Shown here in pieces: positions 35,389-46,664 of a stretch of 64,000 bases of DNA. A model generated the notes under the pieces. That model was given only the letters and a program-made list of their open reading frames with translations. It did no database searches and was not told where the DNA came from. The DNA lies in the NCBI RefSeq assembly GCF_964213995.1, contig NW_027590128.1, forward strand, positions 1,364,001-1,428,000, written 5' to 3'. How positions within the stretch are numbered: the first letter of the stretch is position 1; each line of letters starts with the position of its first letter. The position numbers were made by a program, and so were the translations under genes. This DNA comes from Mustelus asterias. Its lineage: Eukaryota.

Positions 35389-36223
35389 ATGAATTTTGAG
35401 GTTCAGGTCAGAGCGAAAAAATAAAAGCAAAAATCTGTGAATGCTGGAATCTGAAACAAAAACTGAAAATGAACCACTGTGGCAAATGCACATTCTCAAT
35501 CTATTTTACCAGGTATTTGTTTCATTATTCAACATTTAACATCGATACATTTATTTATTATGCATCTCCTGATTCTGAATTGAATATCTCTGACATATGC
35601 AGCATTGAATTGCAAATATGACTGACCAACGAAACAGATCGAGTCACTGGTTAATGCACACCCCATGATGCTCATTTGAGATTGACCACAATCAGTTTAT
35701 AAACAAAATCAAATATGTTTAATGGGAAGAGATTTAAGAATGACCAGTTAGTTTATTCTGGGTGTGAAATATTCTGGTGCCTAAATCCCATTCATCTATA
35801 GGAAAGTCCAGTAGATCTGCACTGAGCCTCGATTTCCTCATCAGCATGAATGGTTTTCCCTGTATCTTTATTATGAAAACCGATTTTAAAAAGATGTTTC
35901 TGTGCAATGTGCACCAATTCCTCTAGTTCAGTCACAGTATCACTTGTGTCTGTCTTTATGAGCACACACTACTATTAGACATGTTTCAGATGGTGATTAA
36001 CTATGTTGGTCTACATCTATAAACCCATGGATCGAACAAGTTGCTAATATATGCACGGTGTCAAAATACAAACGTCTCTTTCCTGCAACTGCATCTAAAA
36101 ATGCAGCATTTCTGATTTTCCTGAAAGCATTTGAGACCGAGGTCAAAACATAATATGGCAACATCGAGAATTGGATAATGTTCAGCAAATAACCAAAATC
36201 ATGCATACTTCCTGAAATGCTAA

Positions 36224-36296
36224 AGTTTCTAGCTGGTTTTGAACCAGGGACTTCTCACGCATTAGGCAAACATGATAACCACTACACTACAGAAAC
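36224..36296 (-). pseudogene. tRNA-Val pseudogene (probably AAC-derived, anticodon now reads AAT)
   Basis: GTTTCTGTAGTGTAGTGGTTATCATGTTTGCCTAATGCGTGAGAAGTCCCTGGTTCAAAACCAGCTAGAAACT; CpG-decay changes disrupt stems. Confidence 0.8.
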
Positions 36297-36379
36297 TACC
36301 AGCAGTTCGGTGTAGCCAATCGACTTGTCTGCAAGGTTCAACTCTGCTGTGTTGCTGCAGGTTCTCATGGTTAGACTAT

Positions 36380-37694
36380 CCACCAGTATCTATTACAAGC
36401 CCACCAACTCCCACAACTATCTTGACTGCAGTTCTTCACCCCACATCCTGAAAGGACTCCATCCCATTCTCTTCATTCTTTCGCCTCCGCCGCATCTGTT
36501 CTGATGATGCCACTTTCCTAAATAGCGTTGCAGATATGTCTTTCTTCTTCAACCGTTGAGGTTTTCCACCCACTGTTGTTGACAGGGCTCTTGACCATGT
36601 CCGACCCACACCCCAGCCACTGCTCTCACTCCCTCCCCTCCCTCCCAGAACCAGGACAGGGTTCCCCTTGTCTTCACTTTTCACCCAACCAGCCTCCGCA
36701 TTCAAAGGATCATCCTCTGCCATTGCTGCCAATTCCAGCATGATGCCACTACCCAACACATCTTCCCTTTAAGCCCCCCCCCCCACTCCACCATCAGCAT
36801 TCCACAGGCATCATCCTCTCTGGGATACCCTGGTCCACTCCTGCATCCCACCCAACATCCTATCCCCTACCCATGGCACCTTCCTATGCAATAGTAGAAG
36901 GTGCAACATCTGCCAATTTACCTCCTCCCTGTTCACCTCCCGGGTCCTGAACACCCTTTCAGGTGAAGCAGTGCTTCACATGCACCTGCTTCAACCTGGT
37001 CTATTCAATTCGCTGCTCCCAATCCAGTCTACTCTACATTGGAGAGACCAAACACAAATTGGATGACTGCTTTGTTGAACACCTTCACTCCATCCGCAAG
37101 CAGGATCCAGAGCTTCCTGTCACTTGCCCCTTCAACACGCCACCCTGCTCTCCTGCCCACATGTCCGTCCTTGGCCTTTTCCAATGTTCTAGTGAACCCC
37201 AATGAAAATTGGAGGAACAGAACCTCATCTTCCGATTGGGCACTTTACAGCCTTCCAGACTGAACATTGTGTTCAAGAACTTCAGACCATGTTTCTCCCC
37301 TCCACCTTCACCCCATTTCCATTTATTTTATTTCATTTTGTTTCTTCTTTTCATCTCATTCCTCCACTTCATCGTACTTCTTTCTCACTTCCATTTTTCA
37401 ACTTCTTCATTCCTGCTCTTCTTCTCGCCCGCACCCGCCCCCTCCCTCCCACCAACCGCCCCTCCCCCCTCCCCCACCCCTACCAACCCCCCCTCCATTC
37501 AGGGCAAACCATCTGTACCTCTGCTCTACCGTTCTGATTAACACTTTTCATACCTCTCTCAGCCTTCTGCATTCTCCTTTTCATTCCCTTTGTCCAATTA
37601 CAGCACCCCCCTTCCACCCTCATAATATAAATCTTGTCTGATTTTCTTTGCCCTGAGCCCTGATGAGGGGTCATCCAAACTCGAAACGTTGGCT
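36380..37694 (+). mobile_element. Degenerate Penelope-like element, second family (RT end, GIY-YIG, 3' UTR, hammerhead)
   Basis: TSIYYKPTNSHNYLD.., RLRRICSDD, FTCTCFNLVYSIRCSQSSLLYIGETK; ends at the hammerhead. Confidence 0.85.
37656..37694 (+). ncRNA. Minimal type I hammerhead ribozyme (second PLE family)
   Basis: AGCC-CTGATGA-GGGGTCATCCAAACTC-GAAA-CGTT-GGCT; palindromic AACGTT helix III; weak stem II. Confidence 0.75.
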
Positions 37695-38460
37695 AGTTAC
37701 TCAATATTTGTTTCGTTATTCAATATTAAATATGAATACATGTATTTAATACATACATCTTCATTCTGAGTTGAATATCTCGGGAATATGCAACATTGCA
37801 TTGCAAACATTACTGACCAATAAAAGAAATCGAGTCACTGGGTAATACACATCCCATGGTGCTTATTTGAGACAGTCAGCTTTTAAACAATATCAAATAT
37901 CTTTAAAGGGAAAAGATTTAATAATGATCTGCTGGTTATACTTCATCCCTCTTTATTCTGCGTGTGAAACATTCTGGCGCCTAAATCCCATACATCTATA
38001 GAAAAGTCCAGCAGATCTACACTTGAGTTTCGATTTACTCATCTGCCTGAGTGATTTTTTCCCATTTCTTTATTATGAAGAACAATTTTAAAAATATGTT
38101 TCCAGGAAATGTGCGCCATTTCCTCGAGTTCAGTTACAGTTTCACTTGTGTCTGTCTTTATGAGCACACAGTACTATTACACCTGTTTCAGATGGTGATT
38201 AACTATGTTAGTCTGCATTTATAAATCCATTAAATTCTGTTATGGACTGAACAAGTTGCTAATATGCGCACGGTGTCAAAGTACAAACATTTATTTCCTC
38301 ATTGCGTCTTAAAATACAGCATTTCTGATTTTGCTGAGAGCATTTGAGGCCGAGGTCAGAGCAAAGATAACATGGCTGCAACATTGAGATTCAGATCATG
38401 TTCAGCAACAACTGAAACCATGCAAAACTTCCCTCATACTCACTGAATAATTTCAATAAA

Positions 38461-38533
38461 TGCTTCTGCCCGGTTTTGAACCGGGGACCTTTCGCGTGTG
38501 AGGCGAACGTGACAACCACTACACTACAGAAAC
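38461..38533 (-). tRNA. tRNA-Val-CAC: tRNA-Val (CAC), near intact
   Basis: GTTTCTGTAGTGTAGTGGTTGTCACGTTCGCCTCACACGCGAAAGGTCCCCGGTTCAAAACCGGGCAGAAGCA, 73 nt; stems pair with G-U wobbles; only a weak TTTATT terminator follows. Confidence 0.85.
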
Positions 38534-39561
38534 AATTGACAGCATAGTGCCACCAATTGGCATGATCACAATGTTCAACTCGACTGTGTTGCTGCAGGCT
38601 CCAATGGTTATACTGAGAGTCCATGTCACTCAATACAAGACAAAAACCGTTTCTTTCAACCTGATTTCTCAACTTATCTTGAACTTCAACCTTTAAAAGC
38701 GGTCGTCCGGCAAATATCTAAGGGAGCAATGATTTCTGCTCAATCATTAATACATCATTCTCATCTTCCATCGAATAATTTCAACCAGTTCCACCCAATA
38801 TTTGTTCGCTGTTCAATGTTTAATATTAACATATTTTTATTCATTACATATCTCCTCATTCTGAATGAAATATCTCCGAAATAGGCAACATTGAATTGCA
38901 AACATGGCTGACCAACAAAAGGAATCGGGTCACTGGGTAATACACATGTCACGGTACTTAATTGAGATTGACCACAATCAGCTTTTAAACAAAATCAAAT
39001 ATATTTAAAGGGAATAGATTTAAGAATGATTTGTTAGTTATACTTGATCCCTCTTTATTCTGTGTATGAAACACTCAGGCGTCTTAATCCCGTTCAGCTG
39101 TAGGAAAGTCCAGTAGATCCGCACTGATTCTCGATTTCCTCAACTGTCTGAGTGGTTTTCCCTATTTCTTTACTCTGAAGAACGATGTTAAATAATGGTT
39201 CCGCGCAATGTGCGCCATTTCCTCCAATTCAGTTACAGTTTCACTTGTGTCTGCCTTTTGGAGCACACAATCCTATTACACATGGTTCAGATGATGATTA
39301 ACTTTGTTAGTCTGCATCAACAAAGCCATTCAATTCTGTTGTGGACTGAATGAGTTGCTGATATGTCCACGGTGTCAAAACAGGGACATCTATTTCCTCT
39401 CATTGCGTCATAAAAATACAAGATCTCTGATTTTGCTGAAAGATTTTGAGGCCGAGGTCAGAGCAAAGATAACATGTCTTTAATATCGAGTTTCGGATAA
39501 TGTTCAGCAACAAATTTCAATCATGTAAACTTCCCTCACCTTAATGAACAAATTATAATAA

Positions 39562-39634
39562 TATTTCGGCATGGTTTTGAACTAGGGATTTTCCGTGTGT
39601 GAGGTGAATGCAGCCACCATTACACTACAGAAAC
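39562..39634 (-). pseudogene. tRNA-Val (CAC) pseudogene
   Basis: Same 5' end GTTTCTGTAGTGTA, CTCACAC loop, GTTCAAAAC; many stem mismatches. Confidence 0.8.
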
Positions 39635-39719
39635 TGCTGGCGTCCGTAGGACCCAATGGGACTCTTTTGAAATGTTGCAACACTCATTGGGACTGCTGTA
39701 GACATATTGATCCAATAAA

Positions 39720-40030
39720 GACTTTGATTTGATTTGATTTATTATTGTCACATGTATTAACATACAGTGAAAAGTATTGTTGCGCTCTATACAGACAAAA
39801 CATACCGTTCATAGAGAAGGAAATGAGAGCGTGCAGAATGCAGTGTTACAGTCATAGCTCGGGTGCAGAGAAAGATCAGCTTAATGCAAGGTAAGTCCAT
39901 TCAAACGTCTGACAGCAGCAGGGAAGAAGCTATTCTTGAGTCGGTTGGTACGTGACCTCAGACTTTTGTATCTTTTTCCCGAAGGAAGAAGGTGAAGGAG
40001 AGAATGTCCAGAGTGCATGGGGTCCTTAAT
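39720..40030 (-). mobile_element. Rex1/Babar-type LINE 3' fragment
   Basis: IKDPMHSGHSLLHLLPSGKRYKSLRSRTNRLKNSFFPAAVRRLN; (GATTT)n tail. Confidence 0.8.
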
Positions 40031-40565
40031 GCCTCTGCCAGTTATATTATGATGAGCTACCAAACTGATGTATCGGTGCGGGCTTGGTGGGCCGAAGGGC
40101 CTGTTCCTGTGCTGCACTGTTCTTTGTTCTCATTTCAATTTCCTTCTCTCATTCCATGAAGCTGATTTTTCTCCCTTTCAAGTCATTGTCCAATCCCCAT
40201 TTGAAGAAGGAGTTTCTGTGGAATCCATGTACAGTTTGCTTTAAGTAACAACGTTTCCCTGACCCAATGGCATGAAGTATTGGATATAGCTTCCCAATAT
40301 AGTTTTCAATGTAAACATATATTTACAAATTTACAAAATTTACAAAACGAGTTTAATCGGATGAAGCATCTCCCCATTATTTCTGAATTATATATAATAT
40401 AACTAATTAACTCCACAACTTTCCAGAGTGTGGAATATAACAGAGGAGAATTAATCACCTATACCTGAAGCAGTCTCCTTGTGTTGTCCTCCTGTGTCCC
40501 AAACATCCGATCTGGCAACCTCGAGAATGGGTGGGGAATCTGTCTTACCTACACTGACCTCACAC

Positions 40566-40856
40566 GGGGTGGCACGGTAGCACAGTGGCACACTGCTGCC
40601 TCACAACGCCAGGGACTCGGGTTCGATTCCTGGCTTGGGTCTGAGTGGAGTTTGCACGTCCTTCCTGTGTCTGTGTGGATTTGCTCCAGTTTCCTCCCAC
40701 AGTCCGAAAGACGTGCTGGTTAGGTGCATTCCCATGCTAAATTTCTCCCTTCGTGTACCCGAACAGGTGGCGAAGTGTGGCGACTAGGGGATTTTCACAG
40801 TAACTTCATTGCAGTATTAATGTAATCCAGCTGTGACATTAATAAATAAACTTTAA
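40566..40856 (+). mobile_element. HE1-like SINE (tail type A)
   Basis: Family match. Confidence 0.8.
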
Positions 40857-41474
40857 ACATGATATGGACACATCCAGAATATGTCTGGCTGTAAAAATAA
40901 ATACATCCATTATTGCTTATTCTCCAAAAGTGTCCACTGTTGAGTCATCAATTAATGATCACCATTGATGAGAAATAGATTTCTGGCTGTTCCTGTTGTT
41001 AAAATGGGCAGTTCCATCGCAATGAATATCTAACACGATATTGCCGCACTGACACGACCCCAGGGAATTCCAGTTCAGGAAGTTTACTCTGGAGCTAGTA
41101 CGCTTTTGACATTGTCCATGGGTGAACTTCTCTTGAGTGTGTCAGTGGCTGTTTTAGTCTGTTTGTTTATCTTCCTTAGTGATTGTCTGTGTGTGTTTGA
41201 GTCGATCAGTTTGAGAATCGATCACTGTGTTTACTTGTCCCTGTGTCTATGCTTTTGTTGATTCTGTGCGGTTCACGAGGCTTCTAGTGAACACGGAGTT
41301 GGAGTTATTCGTGTGTTTTCATAGTTAGCAACTCAGACTAATGTGTCAGAAATCTACAGAATAATTCCGGATTTATAACGAGGGACATTGGAATTGATGT
41401 CTGTGTCTGGGCTTTTATCTATATGTTTATATATCCTGACACGTGTTGGTCTTTGCACGTGGCCGTGTGTGTAT

Positions 41475-41714
41475 CTGTTCTCCCCGTGTCTGCGTGGGTT
41501 TCCTCCGTGTGCTCCAGTTTCCTCCAACAGTCCAAAAAGATGTGCAGGTTAGTTTGACTGGCCATGATAAACTGACCCTAGTGTCAGGGGGATTAGCGGG
41601 GTTAATGTATGAGGTTACGGGAAGAGGGCCTGGGTAGGTTTGTGATCGGTACAGACTCGTTGGGCCGAATGGCATTTTTCTGTACTGAACAAATTCTATG
41701 ATTCTATGATTCTA
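41475..41714 (+). mobile_element. 5'-truncated HE1-like SINE (tail type B)
   Basis: Core plus (ATTCTATG)n tail. Confidence 0.75.
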
Positions 41715-42030
41715 TTATCTGGATATGTATCTATCAGCCTTTACAGGTGACCGTGTGTGTATCTGTTTCCAATATGCGGCATTGCTGTCCACGGGAGGGC
41801 GCTCTCTGATCACTTATGAAAAATCACGATTCCCTTCGAGAGGAAGCGTCTGTTTGAAGATGTAAAAATGGGCGGAGAGACGAAGTGACTTTCGGCCTCA
41901 TACCATTCCACTGACTGTTTCAACTTCTCCATTTCCAGGTCTTATGCAGACAGTGATCACTGCCTCTGTTTCTGGTGTTCAGACTGGAACTATGGGGGTG
42001 AAAGTCTGTCTGTCTCTGGTTATTGTCCTG

Positions 42031-42252
42031 ATGATGTGGAGATGCCGGCGTTGGACTGGGGTAAACACAATAAGAAGTTTAACAACACCAGCTTAAAGTC
42101 CAACAGGTTTATTTGGTAGTAAAAGCCACACAAGCTGTCGGAGCTCCAAGCCCCTTCACTCACCTGAAGAAGGGGCTTGGAGCTCCGAAAGCTTGTGTGG
42201 CTTTTGCTACCAAATAAACCTGTTGGACTTTAACCTGGTGTTGTGAAACTTC
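42031..42252 (-). mobile_element. Short fold-back Penelope pLTR insertion inside the V1 leader exon
   Basis: 11-bp TSD TTATTGTCCTG (42020-42030, 42253-42263); ~85-bp inverted arms. Confidence 0.92.
42161..42197 (+). ncRNA. Minimal type I hammerhead ribozyme
   Basis: CAC-CTGAAGA-AGGGGCTTGGAGCTCC-GAAA-GCTT-GTG. Confidence 0.8.
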
Positions 42253-42708
42253 TTATTGTCCTGCTCACAGGACGGTCATTTTGAACCTTTGACTGAAATC
42301 CGCCAATCACCATATTAATTGCCCATTTCCATTTCTAGGTGATTATTCCGTTGTTGTTACTCCTTCTAAACCGCTGCGCGTCTGTTGTCTATTTTCAGCG
42401 ATGAGTAACGGTGACTCAGTGTCCCAGTCAGAACCAGGAGTTGAAGCATCAGAGGGTGAAGATTCAGCAACACCCTGCAGTTACTCTGTATCGAGTTTAG
42501 CTACAGTCTATGTCCTGTTCTGGTATCGCCAGTATCCACACCGAGCTCCTCAGTATCTGCTCAGAGCCGAGAGTTATGGATTTACCGATACGGCTCCCGG
42601 CTTTAAACATTTCAGCTGGAATCTCAGCGAGACACAAAGCACTTTTCACTTGTCCATGAAAGATTTGAAGATGACAGATAACGCCGTGCATTACTGTGCA
42701 CTGAGACC

Positions 42709-42747
42709 CACACTGAATGAGGATCCCGCGGGCTTCGTACAAAAACT
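42709..42747 (+). promoter_or_regulatory. 23-RSS of V1
   Basis: CACACTG + 23 nt + ACAAAAACT. Confidence 0.92.
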
Positions 42748-43673
42748 GGCGCAGGTCCTCAATCAATGGTTCCTTGTCCGCAAAACACATTGCATTGAAT
42801 TTCAGAGAAAATGTACAGATGATGAACCTGACAATGCAGCCCCAGCTGAGTGGCTTTCCCTCCCTAACGTCAGTGATTGTCACTGTTGGGGAAATGTGAC
42901 ATTTGGCGCTCAGATTATTCCTGTATAAATCCAATCATTTCCTGATCAAAATCACAAAACCCACAGATGTCCCGAGTGAATAACTTAATAAATCAGTACT
43001 TCCCATCTTTCTGTATCAGATGCCTATCTGTCAGGGGAACCTGTTAAATGTGATCCAATATTAAAGGCACACTGAGAGTTGTCACATTTTGAAGTTTCTG
43101 GACAGAAATCATGACTGATTGAATCAGTACTTTCCCAGTATAAGAGTAATCCCAGTGGAAATGCAAGTCAATGTGGACTTGGGTGATTACTTATCCCCGG
43201 TATAAATAAAGCAGTAGCTACTATTATGTTTATGCAGTGGATGCACTCATTAATACCCGCAGAGTAAATGAGGGTAAATTATTTATTTCACTTTTAACTT
43301 TATTTAGAAAGAAAAATCTATCTATAAAAAGGGGGACATTGAGTTCGAATGAAAGAGGGTTAACCGAGAAAGAGACAGTGTAACTGATAATGTTATTCAC
43401 CTCTCATGGAGAGAGAAAGAGAGTGAGAAAAACACACACAGCCCGGGATGGAATGTGTTTGGAGGGAGCCAGCTGTGTTTAGTCCTCCACTAACAGTGTT
43501 TGGTCCACAGCTGACGTTATCTCAAGGGGACCAGCCAATTGCAACACTGGGAAAACCCCCCAATTTGCCAATTATTGAAGCTGCCTCTGATCTGAGTTTA
43601 CTCCGTGATATAAGACTAGAAGCAACAACATATTTTAAACAGTGTCGCTGTTTACTGTCCATTCAGGAACCAC

Positions 43674-44150
43674 ATGTTCCCTGCGTGTTCTACTGATAAT
43701 AATGGACATGCTGCCCGGTGAGTCTGTGCTCAAATCCTCAGTGTGTGTTCAATGGGTTATATTCACTCACAGATTTCTCACACAGTCTATATGTTGTTAC
43801 AGGAACCAATGTCCAAACTTCAGTTTCCCAGGAGCCGCCTGAATTAACGGTTCAGGAAGTACAGACGGTAATTTTGAACTGCAGTTATAAAGATAAGTAC
43901 GTTGACCAAACTCTATTCTGGTACATCCTGTATCCCGGAGAAGCTCCGAGATATTTATTGAAAAGTTACGGCAAGGGGAAGGGGGATAAGTCTCCTGATT
44001 TTTCGGACCAGTTTTCTGCTAATTTGGACAGAGACAAGAAAACAGCTCCATTAAATATCACCGGGGTCCGTGTCTCTGACTCTGCCGTGTATCTGTAACA
44101 GTGTGCGCTGAACCGCAGTTACAGAGACGCAGTTAGTCCGTACAAAAACC
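43674..44150 (+). pseudogene. TRAV/DV: TCR alpha/delta-type V pseudogene V2
   Basis: Leader 43674-43717 (SLRVLLIIMDMLP, +1 frameshift after ATG, GTGAGT donor); exon from 43803 VSQEPP..LNCSY..LFWY..DSAVYL*QCAL; damaged RSS CGCAGTT + 21 nt + ACAAAAACC. Confidence 0.9.
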
Positions 44151-45514
44151 AGCAAAGGCATTCTCACCTCCTCTCACTGAATCCGATCTCTGAGCTGGAT
44201 TGTGAACAGTTAATAGAAACAAAATCATCTCATTAAAACCAATTAAACCGAATGATCAGGTTCTTTGTGCTGAATGTCTGTCAGTGTATGTAAAATCCCT
44301 CTTTATAGTAGTTTCTGTCGTTTACGAGCAACTCTGAATAGGAGACTCTGGTGCTGTTATTACAACATGAAATAAAACTCATCAGAGGCATATCTCAAAA
44401 ATCATCTCAGTCAAAAACCATACATTCGCTTTAATGCACTCTATGTGTCAAAGAGAGCGATGATTGTACAGTCGTTTGATTTCTTGAAGGCAGTTGATAG
44501 ATTTGTGGATATTCAGGGAAATAACGGATATGGAAGTAGTCATAGAGTCATAGAGGTTTACAGCATGGAAACAGACCCTTCTGCCCAACTTGTCCATGCT
44601 ACCCTCTTCTAACCACTATGCAAGTCCCAATTGCCCGCGTTTGGCCCATATCCCAACAAAATATTTGTCTGAGCATGAAGACTTATCCCGCGGTTTCGAT
44701 TTCCCAAAGCACTTCTGGTGATTACAGCAGACTTTTAAAGAAAGACTTTCGGGCATGTGGGCATCGCGGGCTCGGCCGCTATTTATTGTCCATCCCTAGT
44801 TGTCCTTCAGGAACTTTCTGACGCTCTTCTCAATTAGGTTTCTGCATTCAGTCGATTTTCTTACCAAATGTTCCAGTGTCTAGAGTACACCAAACCTGTC
44901 CTCCGAGATTATTAATAGAGATATTAATCATTGTTCATTGGATTCTAAGCATGTATTGAAATAAACTTTTGTACCTTTACTGTTAAGGATTCTTAGTTTT
45001 AATATGTGTCAAGTGTTCATTGTGTTAATATGAGTCACATTCTTCCGAACTCTTTCCAATGAAGTTTCTCTTCGATTCTCAGTTGATATTTTATTTCATT
45101 ACTGTAACATTGAGAGATGTTTAATCAGGCTGTTGTGATTATGAGGATTTGCCTCAGCAGGCGGGCATCAGTTTACACTATTGACTGACATATCAAACCA
45201 AACTGTATTCGTTTCTTTGCCCCGAGTTTCTTTGAAACATCAGAACAAGGGTACAACTAGTTCAAGGCTACCTGCAGCATTTTGAATTCTCAATATTAGT
45301 GCCGATTTCCCGGTGATTCCAAATAAACAACAGCTAATTCTTCCCTCGCACAGTGAATGTAATAATCAGACGGATTCTGTGAACGATTTTAGATGGTGTT
45401 TGTGTGAATTGTGGGCTGGTTTGCGTTCACAGGAATGTATTGACGTGTTAGTGTATAACCCGCTGTTAGAAACAACACTCGACAGACAGCAGCTGTGACT
45501 CAGAAACTTGCGGC

Positions 45515-45553
45515 AGTTTTTGTACGAGGATTTCACTCGTTCTCATCACTGTG
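45515..45553 (-). promoter_or_regulatory. Near-consensus 23-RSS of V3
   Basis: Minus strand CACAGTG + 23 nt + ACAAAAACT. Confidence 0.95.
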
Positions 45554-45857
45554 AGACTCTGTGCACAGTAATAGACCGCGGTGTCAGACAGCCGCAGCTC
45601 CGAAATAGTCACTCGGTACAAATTGTCTGACTGCTGGACTGAATCAGAAAACCGAGTCCGAGCGAAATCCGCCTTTAATTCAAAACCGCCCTTCTTGTCT
45701 CTCCGGACTGCAAACTCAGGCTGTTTTCCTGGGTATTGACGATACCAAAATAAATAATAAGCATCGTCGGTAAAGGTGCAGTTTAAAGTGACATCTTCTC
45801 CCTCTGTCCGTGTGAGTGAGGATTCCCGCTGAGGAACAGAATCTCCATCGCTCAGAT
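45554..45857 (-). CDS. TRAV/DV: TCR alpha/delta-type V exon V3, open reading frame (absent from the ORF track)
   Basis: After TTTCAG acceptor: LSDGDSVPQRESSLTRTEGEDVTLNCTFTDDAYYLFWYRQYPGKQPEFAVRRDKKGGFELKADFARTRFSDSVQQSDNLYRVTISELRLSDTAVYYCAQS, no stops. Confidence 0.92.
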
Positions 45858-46548
45858 CTGAAACACACGGTTAAAGAAAGGAAAAACATTGATTAAAAGT
45901 TCAATTGAACTAAGGGAGAAAATTCACTGACAGTGCAACATAAAAATATGTATTGAATGTATTGAATCATACCACATTCTCTCCAACTGATCTATGTTCC
46001 CGTTTACAGTCCCCTGGAGATTCCTCCCTCTCGCCTCTTCTCAATGCAGTTGTCCCTTTCTTCCTCAGCTGTTTAGTTTAGTTTACCTTTAAATAAGTAT
46101 TTGCTCCTCTCCTCAAGTGTTCATTGTGTTAATATGAGTCACATTCTACCCAACTCTTTCTAAAGATGTTTCTCTCCGATTCCCAGTTGATCTATTTGTT
46201 TCATTAGAATTTTGGGACATATATTTGGATTCCTCCTACAAGTGGAATCATCCTCTCCCCGTCCACCACACCAATCCTCGTTATCATTATAAATAGATCA
46301 GTCAGGTTTGCGTTAGTTTCTTTGGTCAGTCGAGAAAGTAATCATAATCTTGCATTCTGATAGCTCTCATCTCCCAATCCGAGTACCATTTCTCGAAATC
46401 GCCTTTTCAGTGTGCTTTTCGAATCTATTTTCAAAAGACTAAAACCACTCGCAAGAATTCATTTGTCCAATACCTGTATAACATGAATGTCCTGCTTTTC
46501 AACTTTATTCCTCCAGAAAATAACTCATTTTTAAAGTATTAAACTCAT

Positions 46549-46594
46549 CAACAATGAATGTCACCCAGATCAGAGTGAAAACGGGGAGCCGCAT
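46549..46594 (-). CDS. Leader exon of V3 with a mutated splice donor
   Basis: MRLPVFTLIWVTFIV + G (46 nt, phase 1, matching the V exon) followed by ATGAGT instead of GTGAGT. Confidence 0.75.
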
Positions 46595-46664
46595 TGCTGC
46601 TGCTCCTGGATTCCAGGGACTTGTTTCTCCAAAAGCTGCAGAAGCTTGAACAAGATAAAGCTGA

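Larger units (their letters stand above)
35510..39640 (-). repeat. Three diverged copies of a ~1.1-kb tandem unit, each containing a tRNA-Val
   Basis: Collinear blocks (e.g. ATCGAGTCACTGG, GAAAGTCCAG, GAGCACAC, GGTGTCAAA) recur from ~35520, ~37705 and ~38800; spacing of tRNA copies 2 and 3 is 1101 bp. Confidence 0.9.
41992..42708 (+). pseudogene. TRAV/DV: TCR alpha/delta-type V segment V1 (open V exon 42399-42708; leader disrupted)
   Basis: DSVSQ..C..LFWYRQYP..DNAVHYCALRP V-set motifs; leader MGVKVCLSLVIVL[PLE insertion]LT from ATG 41992; no phase-1 GT donor. Confidence 0.88.

Noticed and set aside
36224-36296. Functional tRNA-Ile(AAT) by anticodon shift
   Set aside because: The body is Val-type with multiple stem-breaking transitions; better explained as decay.
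42709-42928. C-terminal extension of the 175-aa ORF as a secreted Ig-domain protein
   Set aside because: It is read-through across the RSS of an unrearranged V; the ATG at 42401 is internal to the V exon.
45349-45390. CACAGTG between V2 and V3 as a possible D/J RSS
   Set aside because: No nonamer at 12 or 23 nt spacing.
41992-45857. NAR-TCR, IgNAR or IgH-like V identity
   Set aside because: Framework motifs (DSVxQ, LFWYRQYP, CAL/CAQ) fit conventional TCR alpha/delta V; no adjacent D-J cluster or clear extra supporting cysteine was seen.
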